A stretch of DNA of 64,000 bases, from positions 1,769-65,768 of IMG/VR virus record IMGVR_UViG_3300020157_000005. One strand, written 5' to 3'. The first letter of the stretch is position 1; each line of letters begins with the position of its first letter. The DNA comes from a virus (lineage: Duplodnaviria > Caudoviricetes). The translations under genes were made by a program, and so were the position numbers. Below are positions 10,101 to 19,764 of this stretch, piece after piece. The notes beneath the pieces are model-generated. The model had not been told where the DNA came from, did no database searches, and was given only the letters and a program-made list of their open reading frames with translations.

Positions 10101-12104
10101 TGATATACCGAGCACTTCCTTGGTTATTATTTTCTCACCCGCATTATCCTTCACAGGTACGAAGTGGGCAGTACAGTTACCATACTCAGCCGTTTCCAAC
10201 TTCAGGAAAGAACCCTGTATACCTGCAGATTGATAGAAGTGTGTATCAGGTGAATGGAATGTGAACCGGTTACGTTGGAAATCATTCAACCTATTAGCAG
10301 CATTGTCACCTGACTTATCCTCTACAGGTTGTGATGATATGAATGGATCAGGGCGCACATCATTGAATGGGTAATTGGCATAGAAGTAATCCGCACCTTC
10401 CTTCTGGTAATGACCACAGTTGAATAACAACCCCTTAGCTATTATAGACCGGTTAGCACCTCTATCACCTCTCATTATCTTGAACCCTACTATAGCATTC
10501 TTCTGTGCCTGTGTAAGGGATGAAGTCGCTATAGCATTCTTCAATGAGTCAATATCTACTAGGAACCCTATTGGATATACATTACCTACAGCATCATGTA
10601 TGTGTGTTACAGTACTATCTGGGAACTTATGGTGTCGTATAGGTTGATTAGCTAATGGTCCCCATATATTAGTATTAGCAGGGTATACATCAGTGCTCTC
10701 CCAATAGGACATGGTACCATGTTCCCACGGCTTAATACCAGTACATGGATCAGTAGCACCGGGTAAATGGCCTGTGGGTGTTCCTGTGTTATATACCTTC
10801 CATCTAGGGAGTACCGGAGATGGGCATGTGCCTTCCTCTATAGCTACTACATCCTGGTTATATACTACAGGTACTAGATCAGAAGGTATAGCTGCTCTAC
10901 CTGGTATATGACACCTTGTAGATTGTTTCCCGTTATTGAATAGTAGACATAACTCAAGTGGATACACTTCATCCCTGAAGTACCCTTCATAGTTAGCGCA
11001 TACTACTCCATTAGAGTACCCTATCTCCTGTTGTCCATATGCACCTGCAGGTACTTGTGACGTACCCCATCCTACTACTATCTGTGATGCTATCTGTTGA
11101 TAACTGATATCCTCTTCCTTCACCAGATCACCCCATACTAGCACATCATCCACCTGACACAATGTACCAGCTATATCATAGTATTCGAACTGTTCCATAA
11201 CTTCTGTCATAGTTATAGGAGTATTCACATTACTCTGTTCCAGTCCGGTATATGTATGGGTATATGTGCTGGTCTGTATATGATAGGTACCTACATATTC
11301 TGGTGTAGTTACAGAGTTGATTGTCTTGATCACTACCAGGTTGAAATAGCTATATAACCCTGATGTATCCAGATTACTGATATCTACTTCTATAGCATGA
11401 TTGGTTAGCAGGTTAGTATCCAATGATGTCTTCCCTTCCAGGAATATGCGAACAGGGTTAGTGACACTATAGAATCGTGTTAGGCCATTACTACGTACAT
11501 CAGCATACTGTATACAGAACTGGTAGTCGCCTTCTATAATATTACCTCCTACAGCTATTCTATTGGTTTTTATATTCGGTATAAGGAATGTAGGTTGTAC
11601 ATTCATCATATTGGTATCTACAGCAGTAGTGCCAGGGTAGAATGGCAGGTTATTGAGATCAATATACCTACGCACATTATACCTATCTGTGAAGTAGAGT
11701 TGTGTACTACAATTAGTGGTCTTTACTTCCGTCTTGAGTATAGGATGTTGTATAGACCAACCGATAACATCAGAACCAGCAACAGTGTCATCTATTAATA
11801 TATTGAATGTGCATTGTGTATTAACCACATATCCGAACATACTATACCCTGTAGTAGGGTTAGTGAGATAGTAGTAGGTGTTGTTGAGTTGTACTATATT
11901 ACGTACACCTATTGCCTTATAACCGGTAGGCAAGGTAATACATGCTATAGACCCCTCTTCATTCTGATAGGTTACCTGTTGTCCATCTATAGCACTATTA
12001 ATAGCGTTGAGTGCTTCGGTAATATACCCCGCACCTATCTCATCAATAACACTATCAGTGTTAAGTCCTGCACGACATTGTATAGGAGTATTGTTAATAG
12101 CCAT
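7122..12104 (-). CDS. Tail stabilization/muzzle protein (P22 gp10-like, crAss-like), 1660 aa
   Basis: Size, N-terminal GLNTD...ALNA...QNEEG signature, C-terminal WISWHSYIP motif, position after ring and IHF genes. Confidence 0.8.
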   Translation of the reverse strand: MAINNTPIQCRAGLNTDSVIDEIGAGYITEALNAINSAIDGQQVTYQNEEGSIACITLPTGYKAIGVRNIVQLNNTYYYLTNPTTGYSMFGYVVNTQCTFNILIDDTVAGSDVIGWSIQHPILKTEVKTTNCSTQLYFTDRYNVRRYIDLNNLPFYPGTTAVDTNMMNVQPTFLIPNIKTNRIAVGGNIIEGDYQFCIQYADVRSNGLTRFYSVTNPVRIFLEGKTSLDTNLLTNHAIEVDISNLDTSGLYSYFNLVVIKTINSVTTPEYVGTYHIQTSTYTHTYTGLEQSNVNTPITMTEVMEQFEYYDIAGTLCQVDDVLVWGDLVKEEDISYQQIASQIVVGWGTSQVPAGAYGQQEIGYSNGVVCANYEGYFRDEVYPLELCLLFNNGKQSTRCHIPGRAAIPSDLVPVVYNQDVVAIEEGTCPSPVLPRWKVYNTGTPTGHLPGATDPCTGIKPWEHGTMSYWESTDVYPANTNIWGPLANQPIRHHKFPDSTVTHIHDAVGNVYPIGFLVDIDSLKNAIATSSLTQAQKNAIVGFKIMRGDRGANRSIIAKGLLFNCGHYQKEGADYFYANYPFNDVRPDPFISSQPVEDKSGDNAANRLNDFQRNRFTFHSPDTHFYQSAGIQGSFLKLETAEYGNCTAHFVPVKDNAGEKIITKEVLGISFAVACLSTISIELQNNNSTTTGTEDLTTTNTHFQPKLDIQNFIPTYNAMLEVLTKLVPYFNYGWQYNGLGQYNNYTVIPDDVGNKIRYIQHGGYVNSGINSTFGDTFQLNNTDRESSVYISVNSVLPYTHQQVNTSGLLLGIPQDTSRTTAGEAGVCNQSNPFTREVSSYYCSLKRQLDDQYGEIFSYQPVDTGTQGRLTDTSIPIVYGGDCFINQFALKIKQAFYLKSTVNRPDGYDINYNQDAFSHTNTGNIGYPIYYYSTDNETLAGDNPFGPGLTNLSSLFNTPGHIALLILTGGLALVAVMLQLVAELFGSVFFQSFGLKITNLECNNYGTVDLYERGMAYLYAYGVINYYCESEVNVSMRQAYNIREGNFWPNVGTGIPDEWLQETNVPIAFDNTYTYNKTYSGQNKQTAFTTLRPDWAPDQVCYIDYNNRAIWSDKSSLEETKNNYLVYRPGNLFDFPKKFGTLQALDTLEGRTVLVRYQNDFEMYNALATVDTSSITAVLGTGALFSGSQPVQINKTDIGFLGTQNKFLLNTEQGHVWADVLRGKIVLMRGTSVEELSGPKYLNSKYFQDNLPFQILNTFPNYPIDNNFNGIGIHGTYDNFYKRLLITKIDYSILPGTGLQYDGTNFYINNTLSKTTPAPTPGIPVVTCCPDYYTLAPADFPPQYIGCYPNEGGDAILPISCGVNSGISGTATCCPEGYEYVRVKPIDTICWNPRTDDIVPPFVCPTPTVTNTSTEKIIIQLGDPEYFCNKSLTMSFSFISNSWISWHSYIPNYYVEHTNYFQAGYNSGTPDVWDHNSTFVLYQTFRGVEYPYILEAPFIYKYDDQIFQGIQDYLTVLKYTSPTLYNELDGCVYFNKIVAYNNQQNTGTCVVVPKDENNLYTYRQYPIYNPTNTAILVEKVDHIYNTNMYWDKVKDTNQPIWETTCDPTQGRKVLVDNNLDYGVRSFRKYQLRAKDMKLRRVLDNNNSLKFLSRFTITQTQDSK

Positions 12105-13051
12105 TACCGGTATCTACCTCTTTGTACCCGTGTTGTTGGTCCAACCAACAGGAACCTATTGTTACGGTTATATGATCGTATTATGCTCTTTTGAAACTCA
12201 TAACTATCTCCAGCTATTGCATAGTTCTTAGCATTGATGTATGCTGTATCCATTCTACTCTCTGCATCATCCCTCTTAGCTCTTATCTGGTTGAATGTTT
12301 CATCAGTGGACTGGTTGAATAACTGCTGATATACCATGAACCGGAGATACTGATACAGGTACTTCTGAAATGGGTCATTATCAGGTATCATATAGTAACC
12401 AGTCTCAGGGTCAACTGCTCTTGTAGCATAGTATGCCATGTAGATAGTACCAGACTGAAATGAAGTCATCATATGATTACCTATTATATCAAATGTATCT
12501 AATGCACTGCTGGATATATTAGGGCAATCTGCATGACAACTACCCATTGTTGCGAAGTTACCTGGCTTCAATAGACAACTAACAGAGAATGTAAATGACA
12601 GTTGGCTCATTACCTTGTTGGTGACTATATAGTTATCAGGTACTCCGCATAGTGAAGGGAGATTAACCGGCTGCTGTATATGTGTAGAACATGGATACCC
12701 GGGAGTACAACTATTACACTTCTCTACTTCATATGGTGCTACTCTGCAATCAGTCTGATAGTAGAATACATGTGGTGATATGATAGGACCTTTACTATAG
12801 GTTGCACACATCCACACCTCTCGTACCTGATAGAAGTCACAAGGTAGATCACAGCGACCATTCCACATATCCATAACACATGGTTGTATAGGACGGTACG
12901 TGTTCTCCATCTTATCAAGGCAATCTGCAGTCCATATTGGGAATAGAAGGTCATCAATCGAGCCTGTGTTGAAATAGTCCCGCATCTCTTCCTTTACCCT
13001 GGAATAGATAGCCTCTGGTGATATATATCGTGTAGGACTTCCGTTTGTCAT
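12104..13051 (-). CDS. Tail ring/tubular protein (P22 gp4-like) with Cys-rich insert
   Basis: Immediately precedes the muzzle gene; YISPEAIYSRVKEE N-terminus and GxxMIPD motif as in crAss-like ring proteins. Confidence 0.6.
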   Translation of the reverse strand: MTNGSPTRYISPEAIYSRVKEEMRDYFNTGSIDDLLFPIWTADCLDKMENTYRPIQPCVMDMWNGRCDLPCDFYQVREVWMCATYSKGPIISPHVFYYQTDCRVAPYEVEKCNSCTPGYPCSTHIQQPVNLPSLCGVPDNYIVTNKVMSQLSFTFSVSCLLKPGNFATMGSCHADCPNISSSALDTFDIIGNHMMTSFQSGTIYMAYYATRAVDPETGYYMIPDNDPFQKYLYQYLRFMVYQQLFNQSTDETFNQIRAKRDDAESRMDTAYINAKNYAIAGDSYEFQKSIIRSYNRNNRFLLVGPTTRVQRGRYR

Positions 13052-13569
13052 TTCTTTCTTTTTGCGAATGGTATATACAACTGCTTATACAACTCTCTGT
13101 ATGGTTCATTATCACTTAGTATATGTTCACTCAGTAACTTTCTATTAGCCTTCATCATGTCCAGTCTCCATATAGCCTTATGCTTTATCTTGGACATACT
13201 CTTTATCCATTTGAAGTTATATCGCCTACCTTCAGTGTGGTGGTTAGTCCAGTATACCAGGTTGCCTTGTGCCATTGACTCCTTCCAATTAACACCCATT
13301 CCCTTTCTGAATGCCACCCCTCTCTTATCTCCATTGGTCTTTACACACAATTTGCCTAGTCCATGAGGTAATGTAACCATGTGCCCCGTCTTCAGTATGT
13401 GGTCAACATAGTGTGCATTGAGATCTATTATACACTGGTTATATTGAACGTATGTTAGTTTCACTCCAGGATTACGTTCCATGAATAGTGCATAACAGTC
13501 CTTAGAACCGGTTAGTATATCTCTCTTTGGTCTACCTCCATGGTACTGTCCAGCGAAGTTGAATGCCAT
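13048..13569 (-). CDS. HU/IHF-like DNA-binding protein
   Basis: Basic protein with ILKTGHMVTLPHGLGKLCVK HU-like beta-arm; conserved crAss-like position in the tail module. Confidence 0.6.
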   Translation of the reverse strand: MAFNFAGQYHGGRPKRDILTGSKDCYALFMERNPGVKLTYVQYNQCIIDLNAHYVDHILKTGHMVTLPHGLGKLCVKTNGDKRGVAFRKGMGVNWKESMAQGNLVYWTNHHTEGRRYNFKWIKSMSKIKHKAIWRLDMMKANRKLLSEHILSDNEPYRELYKQLYIPFAKRKK

Positions 13570-13573
13570 ATAT

Positions 13574-14332
13574 TTATTTCGTATTATCTTTTCCTAATGG
13601 TGCATTATCATTATCTGCTGACCTCTTGTACCTATTAGACAATTTCTCTGCCACCGCCTTTATTACAGGATCTATTAGGTATCCAGGGCATTTAAATTCC
13701 TGATCATAAGGGTTAGGGGGACAGCATAGGTTCATATCATTTATAGATACTTCATCAGATGCAGAACAACAACCTATTGCTAATGGGCTATTACAGTAAC
13801 CTGGATACCACTGTAGGGACTCTGGTACATCCTCTTCGAAGTATGCTGATATCTTCACCTTCTGTATACTATCACTACCTATGTAGAGGAACCTATTCTG
13901 TATCCAGAAGTGTATCTGATTTGTTTTCAACCCTAGTGACAATGAGTTAACGAACCTATCCGGAGTACTCTCTATAAACCTTCTGGATATTAGGTCAATA
14001 GAATATACCCCTTGTATGAGCATCCCAAAGTTGTTACCTTCGGCTATCTTAGGAAGTTGTACTACAGAGCGTGATATGATGTAATCTGACCGATATCCAC
14101 AGCACTCTGCTATTGATACCTGCTTCATCTTCAGACAAGGTAGTACAGTGAATATGTTAGGGGAGTTCCATAGCTTCCTTCTATCAGTGACCTGACGTAC
14201 ATATGCAATGGCTGTAGACTGTAACTCGGATAGAATGAATCTATCTGATATATTCTGGGTAGTTGCAGAAGACTGGAGTTTAAACTCTCCACGAACAGTA
14301 GCTATTGCCTCTTTGTTACTCCTCTTGACCAT
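13574..14332 (-). CDS. Tail ring/structural protein
   Basis: ISDRFI N-terminal motif, LPCLKM..V...ECC, YDQEFKCPGYL; synteny with crAss-like ring genes. Confidence 0.55.
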   Translation of the reverse strand: MVKRSNKEAIATVRGEFKLQSSATTQNISDRFILSELQSTAIAYVRQVTDRRKLWNSPNIFTVLPCLKMKQVSIAECCGYRSDYIISRSVVQLPKIAEGNNFGMLIQGVYSIDLISRRFIESTPDRFVNSLSLGLKTNQIHFWIQNRFLYIGSDSIQKVKISAYFEEDVPESLQWYPGYCNSPLAIGCCSASDEVSINDMNLCCPPNPYDQEFKCPGYLIDPVIKAVAEKLSNRYKRSADNDNAPLGKDNTK

Positions 14333-14403
14333 ATAGCAAAGTTATTACAGATTGATATAAGTTGGTTAGGTTATTGGTAGTTTCCCTAACTCATCAGGTT
14401 AGG

Positions 14404-16248
14404 TTAACTTATTATTATACCAGTTAATGTGCACCATACCTCCAGTTGATAGTCCGAATATAACATTACTCCATTAATAAGGGTACCGTATCTCCAGTTA
14501 ACATAGTATGTGTCTGCAGATTGAGATGCAAATGTTGCCTGTGGATTCAATCCTGTAGCTGTCTGATTATCTACTAGTATATCATCACTGTCAAATAGTT
14601 GGTACTCGATAGTATCTATAGTAACTAATGAAGGTTGACTGACAGATATAACACCCGCTACAACTACTGCTGTAAGTGTCTGACAGTTATACCGGATAGC
14701 CTCGTATATATTACTATTAGCAACATCGCCTGAACATACACTATCTATCTGAAACTGGTATACTGTATTATTATCTAGGCTACCTACAGATGTAGTAGTA
14801 GCTGCAGTTAGTAATGGGTTAGGTGGTGTGAAGTTAACACCAGTTATCCATTCTGTGAATCCTCTCTGACGGTATTTAGCTATCTGATAAGAAGCTGTAC
14901 CACTAGGTACCCAGGAAAGATCGAATGACCCCATCCCTAATACTACCAGTAGATCAGATATATTATCACATAGACAACCAGTGCAAAGTTCCTTCAATGC
15001 GCAGAACTGTGCTAATAGATCAGGGTCACTGCTGATATATGAGAATAGGTTAGTAATAAATGAAGTAGGATCAGTTACATTCGGTATAAGCTGTAATTGA
15101 CTATTATCCGGTGTAGGTGTTGATGTAATAGATATACCCCAGTCTCCAGACATTGATGGTATCTTAGCCTCCAGGTAACCTGCAGTAGTATCTGATGCAT
15201 TCACCTTCACCTTATTATCTACAGGAGTAGTGACGGTCATGTTCAACTTATTACCGGTGATAGCCATAGTTATACTACTATCAAGGCTCTCTACCTTCTG
15301 ATCCAGGAAGTCAGCATCAGCAGTAGTATCACCAGATGATAGCATCACTTTGTATAACCCATCCCATGTATCATCTATAGCTACTGATACACCAGCACAA
15401 CCACCTATAGCTGCTGTAGTAAGCCCTGTACCAGCAGCAGTAATATAATTAGTATGGACTGCTGAAGCTGATGTAATAAGAGCCTGTATAGTATCCTGTA
15501 GATCAGATTGAGGTATAATACATCCCCATGTTATAGCACCTGTATCAAATGTTGGTAATGTTGTGCATATGTATGTAGTAATATACCCTACAGTAGTAGC
15601 TATAGTATCAGTAGCACCACCACCTACAGTAGCCAGACAGTTTCCACTGTTGTCGAATGTTCCTATAGCTGCCTGTTTCCCAGATACTGTAGTAGTTAGG
15701 CTACCTAAGTAACTGATAAGTGCATTGAATGCATTCAATATGTTAGTTGGTGTACTAATAGACAGTGACCCCCATGTGTTACCAGGAGCTGCCAATAGGT
15801 TGAGTATACTACCCACTCCAGTATAAGTAGCAGTAAGTACCTGGTTACGGGTCATTCCACTTGTAATAACTATAGAACCACCACCTGCAGTTACTGAGTA
15901 TGTAAGAGCCGGTGTCTGTAATGCAGATATAGCAGCTCCTAATACTACTACATCACCTGCATAGGTAACATTAATGAAGTTGTCCAGGTTGTACTGATCA
16001 ATGTCAACTATCTTGGAAATACCCTCCACAAACTCCTGTATAGTACTAGGTACACCTCCAGTAGTCGTAGTTACTGTATATCCATTATAGGGGCCATAGT
16101 TAAACCCACTGAAGTTAGGAGATGGGTTCAGGTTATTAACAGCAGTGTTGATCTCCCCCAGTATCACATCCAGTGTCTGGTTAGGTGTTACCCCAATGTA
16201 TGGAAGTGCTAGGCCGGTATATATTACTGTAGAGGCATTAGTAGGCAT
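14404..16248 (-). CDS. Tail fibre/structural protein with C-terminal fibronectin type III-like domain
   Basis: T/G-rich; KVKVNASDTTAGYL repeat-type motif; LSWVP...YRQRG...LDNNTVYQFQIDSVC FN3 pattern. Confidence 0.6.
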   Translation of the reverse strand: MPTNASTVIYTGLALPYIGVTPNQTLDVILGEINTAVNNLNPSPNFSGFNYGPYNGYTVTTTTGGVPSTIQEFVEGISKIVDIDQYNLDNFINVTYAGDVVVLGAAISALQTPALTYSVTAGGGSIVITSGMTRNQVLTATYTGVGSILNLLAAPGNTWGSLSISTPTNILNAFNALISYLGSLTTTVSGKQAAIGTFDNSGNCLATVGGGATDTIATTVGYITTYICTTLPTFDTGAITWGCIIPQSDLQDTIQALITSASAVHTNYITAAGTGLTTAAIGGCAGVSVAIDDTWDGLYKVMLSSGDTTADADFLDQKVESLDSSITMAITGNKLNMTVTTPVDNKVKVNASDTTAGYLEAKIPSMSGDWGISITSTPTPDNSQLQLIPNVTDPTSFITNLFSYISSDPDLLAQFCALKELCTGCLCDNISDLLVVLGMGSFDLSWVPSGTASYQIAKYRQRGFTEWITGVNFTPPNPLLTAATTTSVGSLDNNTVYQFQIDSVCSGDVANSNIYEAIRYNCQTLTAVVVAGVISVSQPSLVTIDTIEYQLFDSDDILVDNQTATGLNPQATFASQSADTYYVNWRYGTLINGVMLYSDYQLEVWCTLTGIIIS

Positions 16249-16249
16249 A

Positions 16250-16855
16250 TTACATGTAGTTTAGTAGTAGTAACTTGAATGTTGTATTAGGGTCAGCATA
16301 TTGTATTGGCATGAATGTAATCATATTGCATGGTGGAGTTATTGGTGTATCCTCACAACAGTCAGTACATTGTCGTTTAGTGAAATCGTAAGAGAATGAT
16401 ATAGGTATTCCATCACTCGTACATGTACCACATTCGAATATTGCAGGTTCCACACAGTTACAATCCAAACAAGGTATAGTAGGCTCATCCCTCTTAGTAG
16501 TTGGACTAGAACATAGTCCTGTGAGTGTAACATATTGATACCCTGGAGGACAGCATAAACAGGTTACAGTATCTACAGGAGCATCTGGTAATATGCCCCA
16601 ATTACTATTAACTACTGATACACATTGTCCTATGAATGGTGTTATATCAGGGTTGCCTAATGTCAATATAACTCCACCATATCCTACAAATTGACCAGCT
16701 CCATTGATGAATGTGTAACCAACAGGGCAACATTCTGAAGTAGGACAGGGTATAGCATCTACCTGCTCTCGAATAGAACAACCTGTCTGTGGAGATGGGC
16801 AGCATTTCCCACTTCCTACATACTGATAACCTTCTGGACAACATGTATTAGCCAT
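16250..16855 (-). CDS. Cys-rich structural protein with three CCPxGY modules
   Basis: TCCPEGYQY, ECCPVGYTF, LCCPPGYQY; in-strand within the tail operon. Confidence 0.6.
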   Translation of the reverse strand: MANTCCPEGYQYVGSGKCCPSPQTGCSIREQVDAIPCPTSECCPVGYTFINGAGQFVGYGGVILTLGNPDITPFIGQCVSVVNSNWGILPDAPVDTVTCLCCPPGYQYVTLTGLCSSPTTKRDEPTIPCLDCNCVEPAIFECGTCTSDGIPISFSYDFTKRQCTDCCEDTPITPPCNMITFMPIQYADPNTTFKLLLLNYM

Positions 16856-16857
16856 AG

Positions 16858-18081
16858 TTAGAACATTCGTTGAATATATAATACCCCTGTAGAGGGTTGC
16901 ATGTTATTATGTGATCCATTACCACCACTGGCATATGCTCCTGTTAGTGTGATGCCTGTAGTGCTCCTGGATATGTATGCAGTGACATCCGAAGGTGTCT
17001 TGGCTACAAATGGTGCTACTCCCCCTGTGTTATTACCAGATACTCCCGGAACTAATGCCCCTGTAGCATCCATCGCATTATTAACTGAACTACCGTTCCT
17101 ATCCACATGCTGCTGTCTATTGAAGAAGAATGCATGATCATGGCCTTGATCATTCAATGTACCTCCTAATGGCAATGATGGTATCTCAGCCTGTAACAAC
17201 GTATGACGAGGTTCACCAACCTGTTGACCAGTAACGGTGACAGATAACCCAGTAGCATTAGATGGTAATGAACCACCCATACCAATATCAGTACGTCCTA
17301 CAGGTACCTGGCCCATCATATTCACAGTACCATTCTGGCCGTTAGCTATATTCCATCCACACATAGGAGTACCGGATATACCGACTCCTCCAGAGAAATT
17401 AGTCACAGGTCCTGCATAAGGGATGATAGCACCCACAGGTACAAAGCCATTGAAGGTAAATTGAGTGGATGCTCCTGTACCTGTACGTGTAACACTGGGA
17501 CCGGATATACCAGAGCATGAGGTTATAGCAGTTGCCAAAAAGTTACCTATAGTAGTATCAATACCGGTAGTGAATGATGTAACCGTACTATCCAATATAT
17601 TGAATGCTGACAACAGAGAGCAGAACTCTGTTATAAGTTGTTGTAGTACTAGATTAATGAGTGATGAACTATTGACACCGGTTAGACACGCTGTATTATA
17701 TCCACTGAGTATAGGACCTATCTCGTCCTTTATAGTACTGACATCATCATAGAGTGTACATATAGCTGTCCTATAACATTCCAGTAGGCATGGTAGATCA
17801 GTACAAGTACCACAGCAAGAGATGCAATCAGCAAAAAGTGGAGCACAAGAGCCAGTAGTAAGGTTAACAGTAGGCAGTCCTGTAACAGGATCTGTCATAG
17901 ATATTCCAATTCCATGAGCATAATCAAATATCTTCTGTAGTATAACAGCATCAACTTCAGACAGATAATCACCAGTACATATACCCAATGCAGGTATAGC
18001 AGGTCCAGTGTACTTTACACCAGTATCGGGTATTTGTTTTTCGAAGTAGTTACTACAGCTACTATTACATGCATGTCCCAT
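16858..18081 (-). CDS. Tail fibre protein with phage tail-collar domain
   Basis: VPVGAIIPYAG...GWNIANGQNGTVNMMGQVPVG...GEPRHTL...HNNMQP tail-collar signature. Confidence 0.8.
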   Translation of the reverse strand: MGHACNSSCSNYFEKQIPDTGVKYTGPAIPALGICTGDYLSEVDAVILQKIFDYAHGIGISMTDPVTGLPTVNLTTGSCAPLFADCISCCGTCTDLPCLLECYRTAICTLYDDVSTIKDEIGPILSGYNTACLTGVNSSSLINLVLQQLITEFCSLLSAFNILDSTVTSFTTGIDTTIGNFLATAITSCSGISGPSVTRTGTGASTQFTFNGFVPVGAIIPYAGPVTNFSGGVGISGTPMCGWNIANGQNGTVNMMGQVPVGRTDIGMGGSLPSNATGLSVTVTGQQVGEPRHTLLQAEIPSLPLGGTLNDQGHDHAFFFNRQQHVDRNGSSVNNAMDATGALVPGVSGNNTGGVAPFVAKTPSDVTAYISRSTTGITLTGAYASGGNGSHNNMQPSTGVLYIQRMF

Positions 18082-18353
18082 TAGCAGGTTATTTTCTTTA
18101 TCTTATTAATAATATATAGTATGTACTCATTATCCAGGCAATTACATCCCATCAACTTATCTACCAGTATCTCCCTATAGATACACAGTACATCATACTG
18201 TGTCATATCTACATAGTTCTGGAACCCATACACCTGGTTAGTATATTGCATCTCAGATAGATATAGAATAGTACGGTCAATATCCAGTATCAACTCATTG
18301 TACCCTTCATTATCTAGCCGGTTGTCTGTTAGTATTGGGTTGATTAGATACAT
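18081..18353 (-). CDS. Small structural protein (tail hub-associated?)
   Basis: In-strand, overlaps the next start codon; position only. Confidence 0.5.
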   Translation of the reverse strand: MYLINPILTDNRLDNEGYNELILDIDRTILYLSEMQYTNQVYGFQNYVDMTQYDVLCIYREILVDKLMGCNCLDNEYILYIINKIKKITC

Positions 18354-18474
18354 TGATCGGTTGTCTTAGTTTCTCGTTATGGTTCTTATTGCAGTCTGGA
18401 CATCTACCCTGTGTCAATTGGCACTTTGGTAATGTTCTTGGACAGTCATTGCACTTAGTAGCTCCGCATCCCAT
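18310..18474 (-). CDS. 54-aa Cys-rich (CxxC...CxxC) miniprotein not in the ORF track
   Basis: Hand translation MGCGATKCNDCPRTLPKCQLTQGRCPDCNKNHNEKLRQPINVSNQPNTNRQPAR*; fills the gap between two in-strand genes. Confidence 0.6.
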   Translation of the reverse strand: MGCGATKCNDCPRTLPKCQLTQGRCPDCNKNHNEKLRQPINVSNQPNTNRQPAR

Positions 18475-18484
18475 CGTATATAGT

Positions 18485-19084
18485 TTAGCATATGTTACAT
18501 CCCAGTGGTGCTTTAGGCCATTGGAACCCTTTGAACTTCTTTCCTATACCATTCAACATAGTATCAGCTCTCTTATATAGTTGCTCTGATAGTGCATAGT
18601 TACTATCATTACATGCTGCTACTGAACCATCTATGAATAACTTGATCATTCTGAGTTCACCCATATATGTATTCCAATTATGATCATGACATACACATTC
18701 GAGGTCTATCTTCAGGAATGCGTGTTGGTACTTGCACTTTATGTGGTCTATCTTAATGAACTTCTGGTTGATAGTAGTAGCTGTGAATGTCTGACCAGGT
18801 GCCGGTGATACTGTGTATACTACAGCATATATACCATCTGGTAGTGGTGTGCAATCCGTATCTCCACAGGTTAACCCAAGATCGGCACATTGGTATACAT
18901 TCACCTGTCCGGGTGTAAATGCTACTGACAATGTAGGATAACTAGGAGGAGTGATCTGCATGTTATAATTAGGAGCTACCGGCAGTGTTGTATAGGTACT
19001 GACATCACTAATAGCAATTATCGAACTACTACGTAAGTCGATAAGTGACAGCAAGAGGTTAGGAAGTTGTAGTACGTATCCCAT
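18485..19084 (-). CDS. Structural protein, crAss-like tail hub type
   Basis: LPDGIYAVVYTV motif followed by a helical C-terminus; position after the auxiliary capsid gene. Confidence 0.55.
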   Translation of the reverse strand: MGYVLQLPNLLLSLIDLRSSSIIAISDVSTYTTLPVAPNYNMQITPPSYPTLSVAFTPGQVNVYQCADLGLTCGDTDCTPLPDGIYAVVYTVSPAPGQTFTATTINQKFIKIDHIKCKYQHAFLKIDLECVCHDHNWNTYMGELRMIKLFIDGSVAACNDSNYALSEQLYKRADTMLNGIGKKFKGFQWPKAPLGCNIC

Positions 19085-19085
19085 A

Positions 19086-19688
19086 TTAGTTAGTTAATGC
19101 GGTGTATATATCTGCAGTATGTTGTATTCTCTCACTAAGTCCTAGTTCCCCTCCGTTAACATGATGAGTTACTATAGTAACAGTAGCCACATCAACTCCC
19201 TTATCACAGAAATGCCATAGGTTATTATGTTGGAAAAAGAATGCCCCAGATGCTAATTGATAATCAGTAGCTACCAGATCAGGGTTATTCAACAGATCAA
19301 CCCCAATGTATTCTCCCAATGCCTTATAGTTATCATGCCCTGTAAGTTGTAGAGCTCCTCTGCCTCGATACTTCCAACCATCACCACTTACTTCATCTCC
19401 ATTACCCATCCTATTGGCGTATATCCTATTAGCTATACGTTCAGGTTGTCTATGATATGAATGAGCATCATTGATATCAGCAAAGTGCTTATGAAACAAT
19501 GACCATAGAGCGTCACCAGAGTAGTTAAGGTTCTCTATGAACCTAGTCCAGTTAGCACATTCATGCTGACATTGTCCTAGTAGATGTGATAACCGAAGTG
19601 GGCCATCTATATCAAATGGTTCCAATATTCCAACTATCTGGTCATATATACTATCTGGTACTACTCCTTGAAGGTTCTCTATATTCAT
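19086..19688 (-). CDS. Glycoside hydrolase family 19 endolysin
   Basis: [54 protein letters not shown]. Confidence 0.92.
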   Translation of the reverse strand: MNIENLQGVVPDSIYDQIVGILEPFDIDGPLRLSHLLGQCQHECANWTRFIENLNYSGDALWSLFHKHFADINDAHSYHRQPERIANRIYANRMGNGDEVSGDGWKYRGRGALQLTGHDNYKALGEYIGVDLLNNPDLVATDYQLASGAFFFQHNNLWHFCDKGVDVATVTIVTHHVNGGELGLSERIQHTADIYTALTN

Positions 19689-19704
19689 ATTGGTTGTTAA
19701 TATT

Positions 19705-19740
19705 AAGAGGGGATAAGGAGTTGTTACCCTATCCCCTCTT
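19705..19740 (-). terminator. Stem-loop between the auxiliary capsid and lysin genes
   Basis: AAGAGGGGATA...TATCCCCTCTT inverted repeat; weak U-tract. Confidence 0.5.
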
Positions 19741-19764
19741 GGGTTATCCTATGACAGTGGCGTA

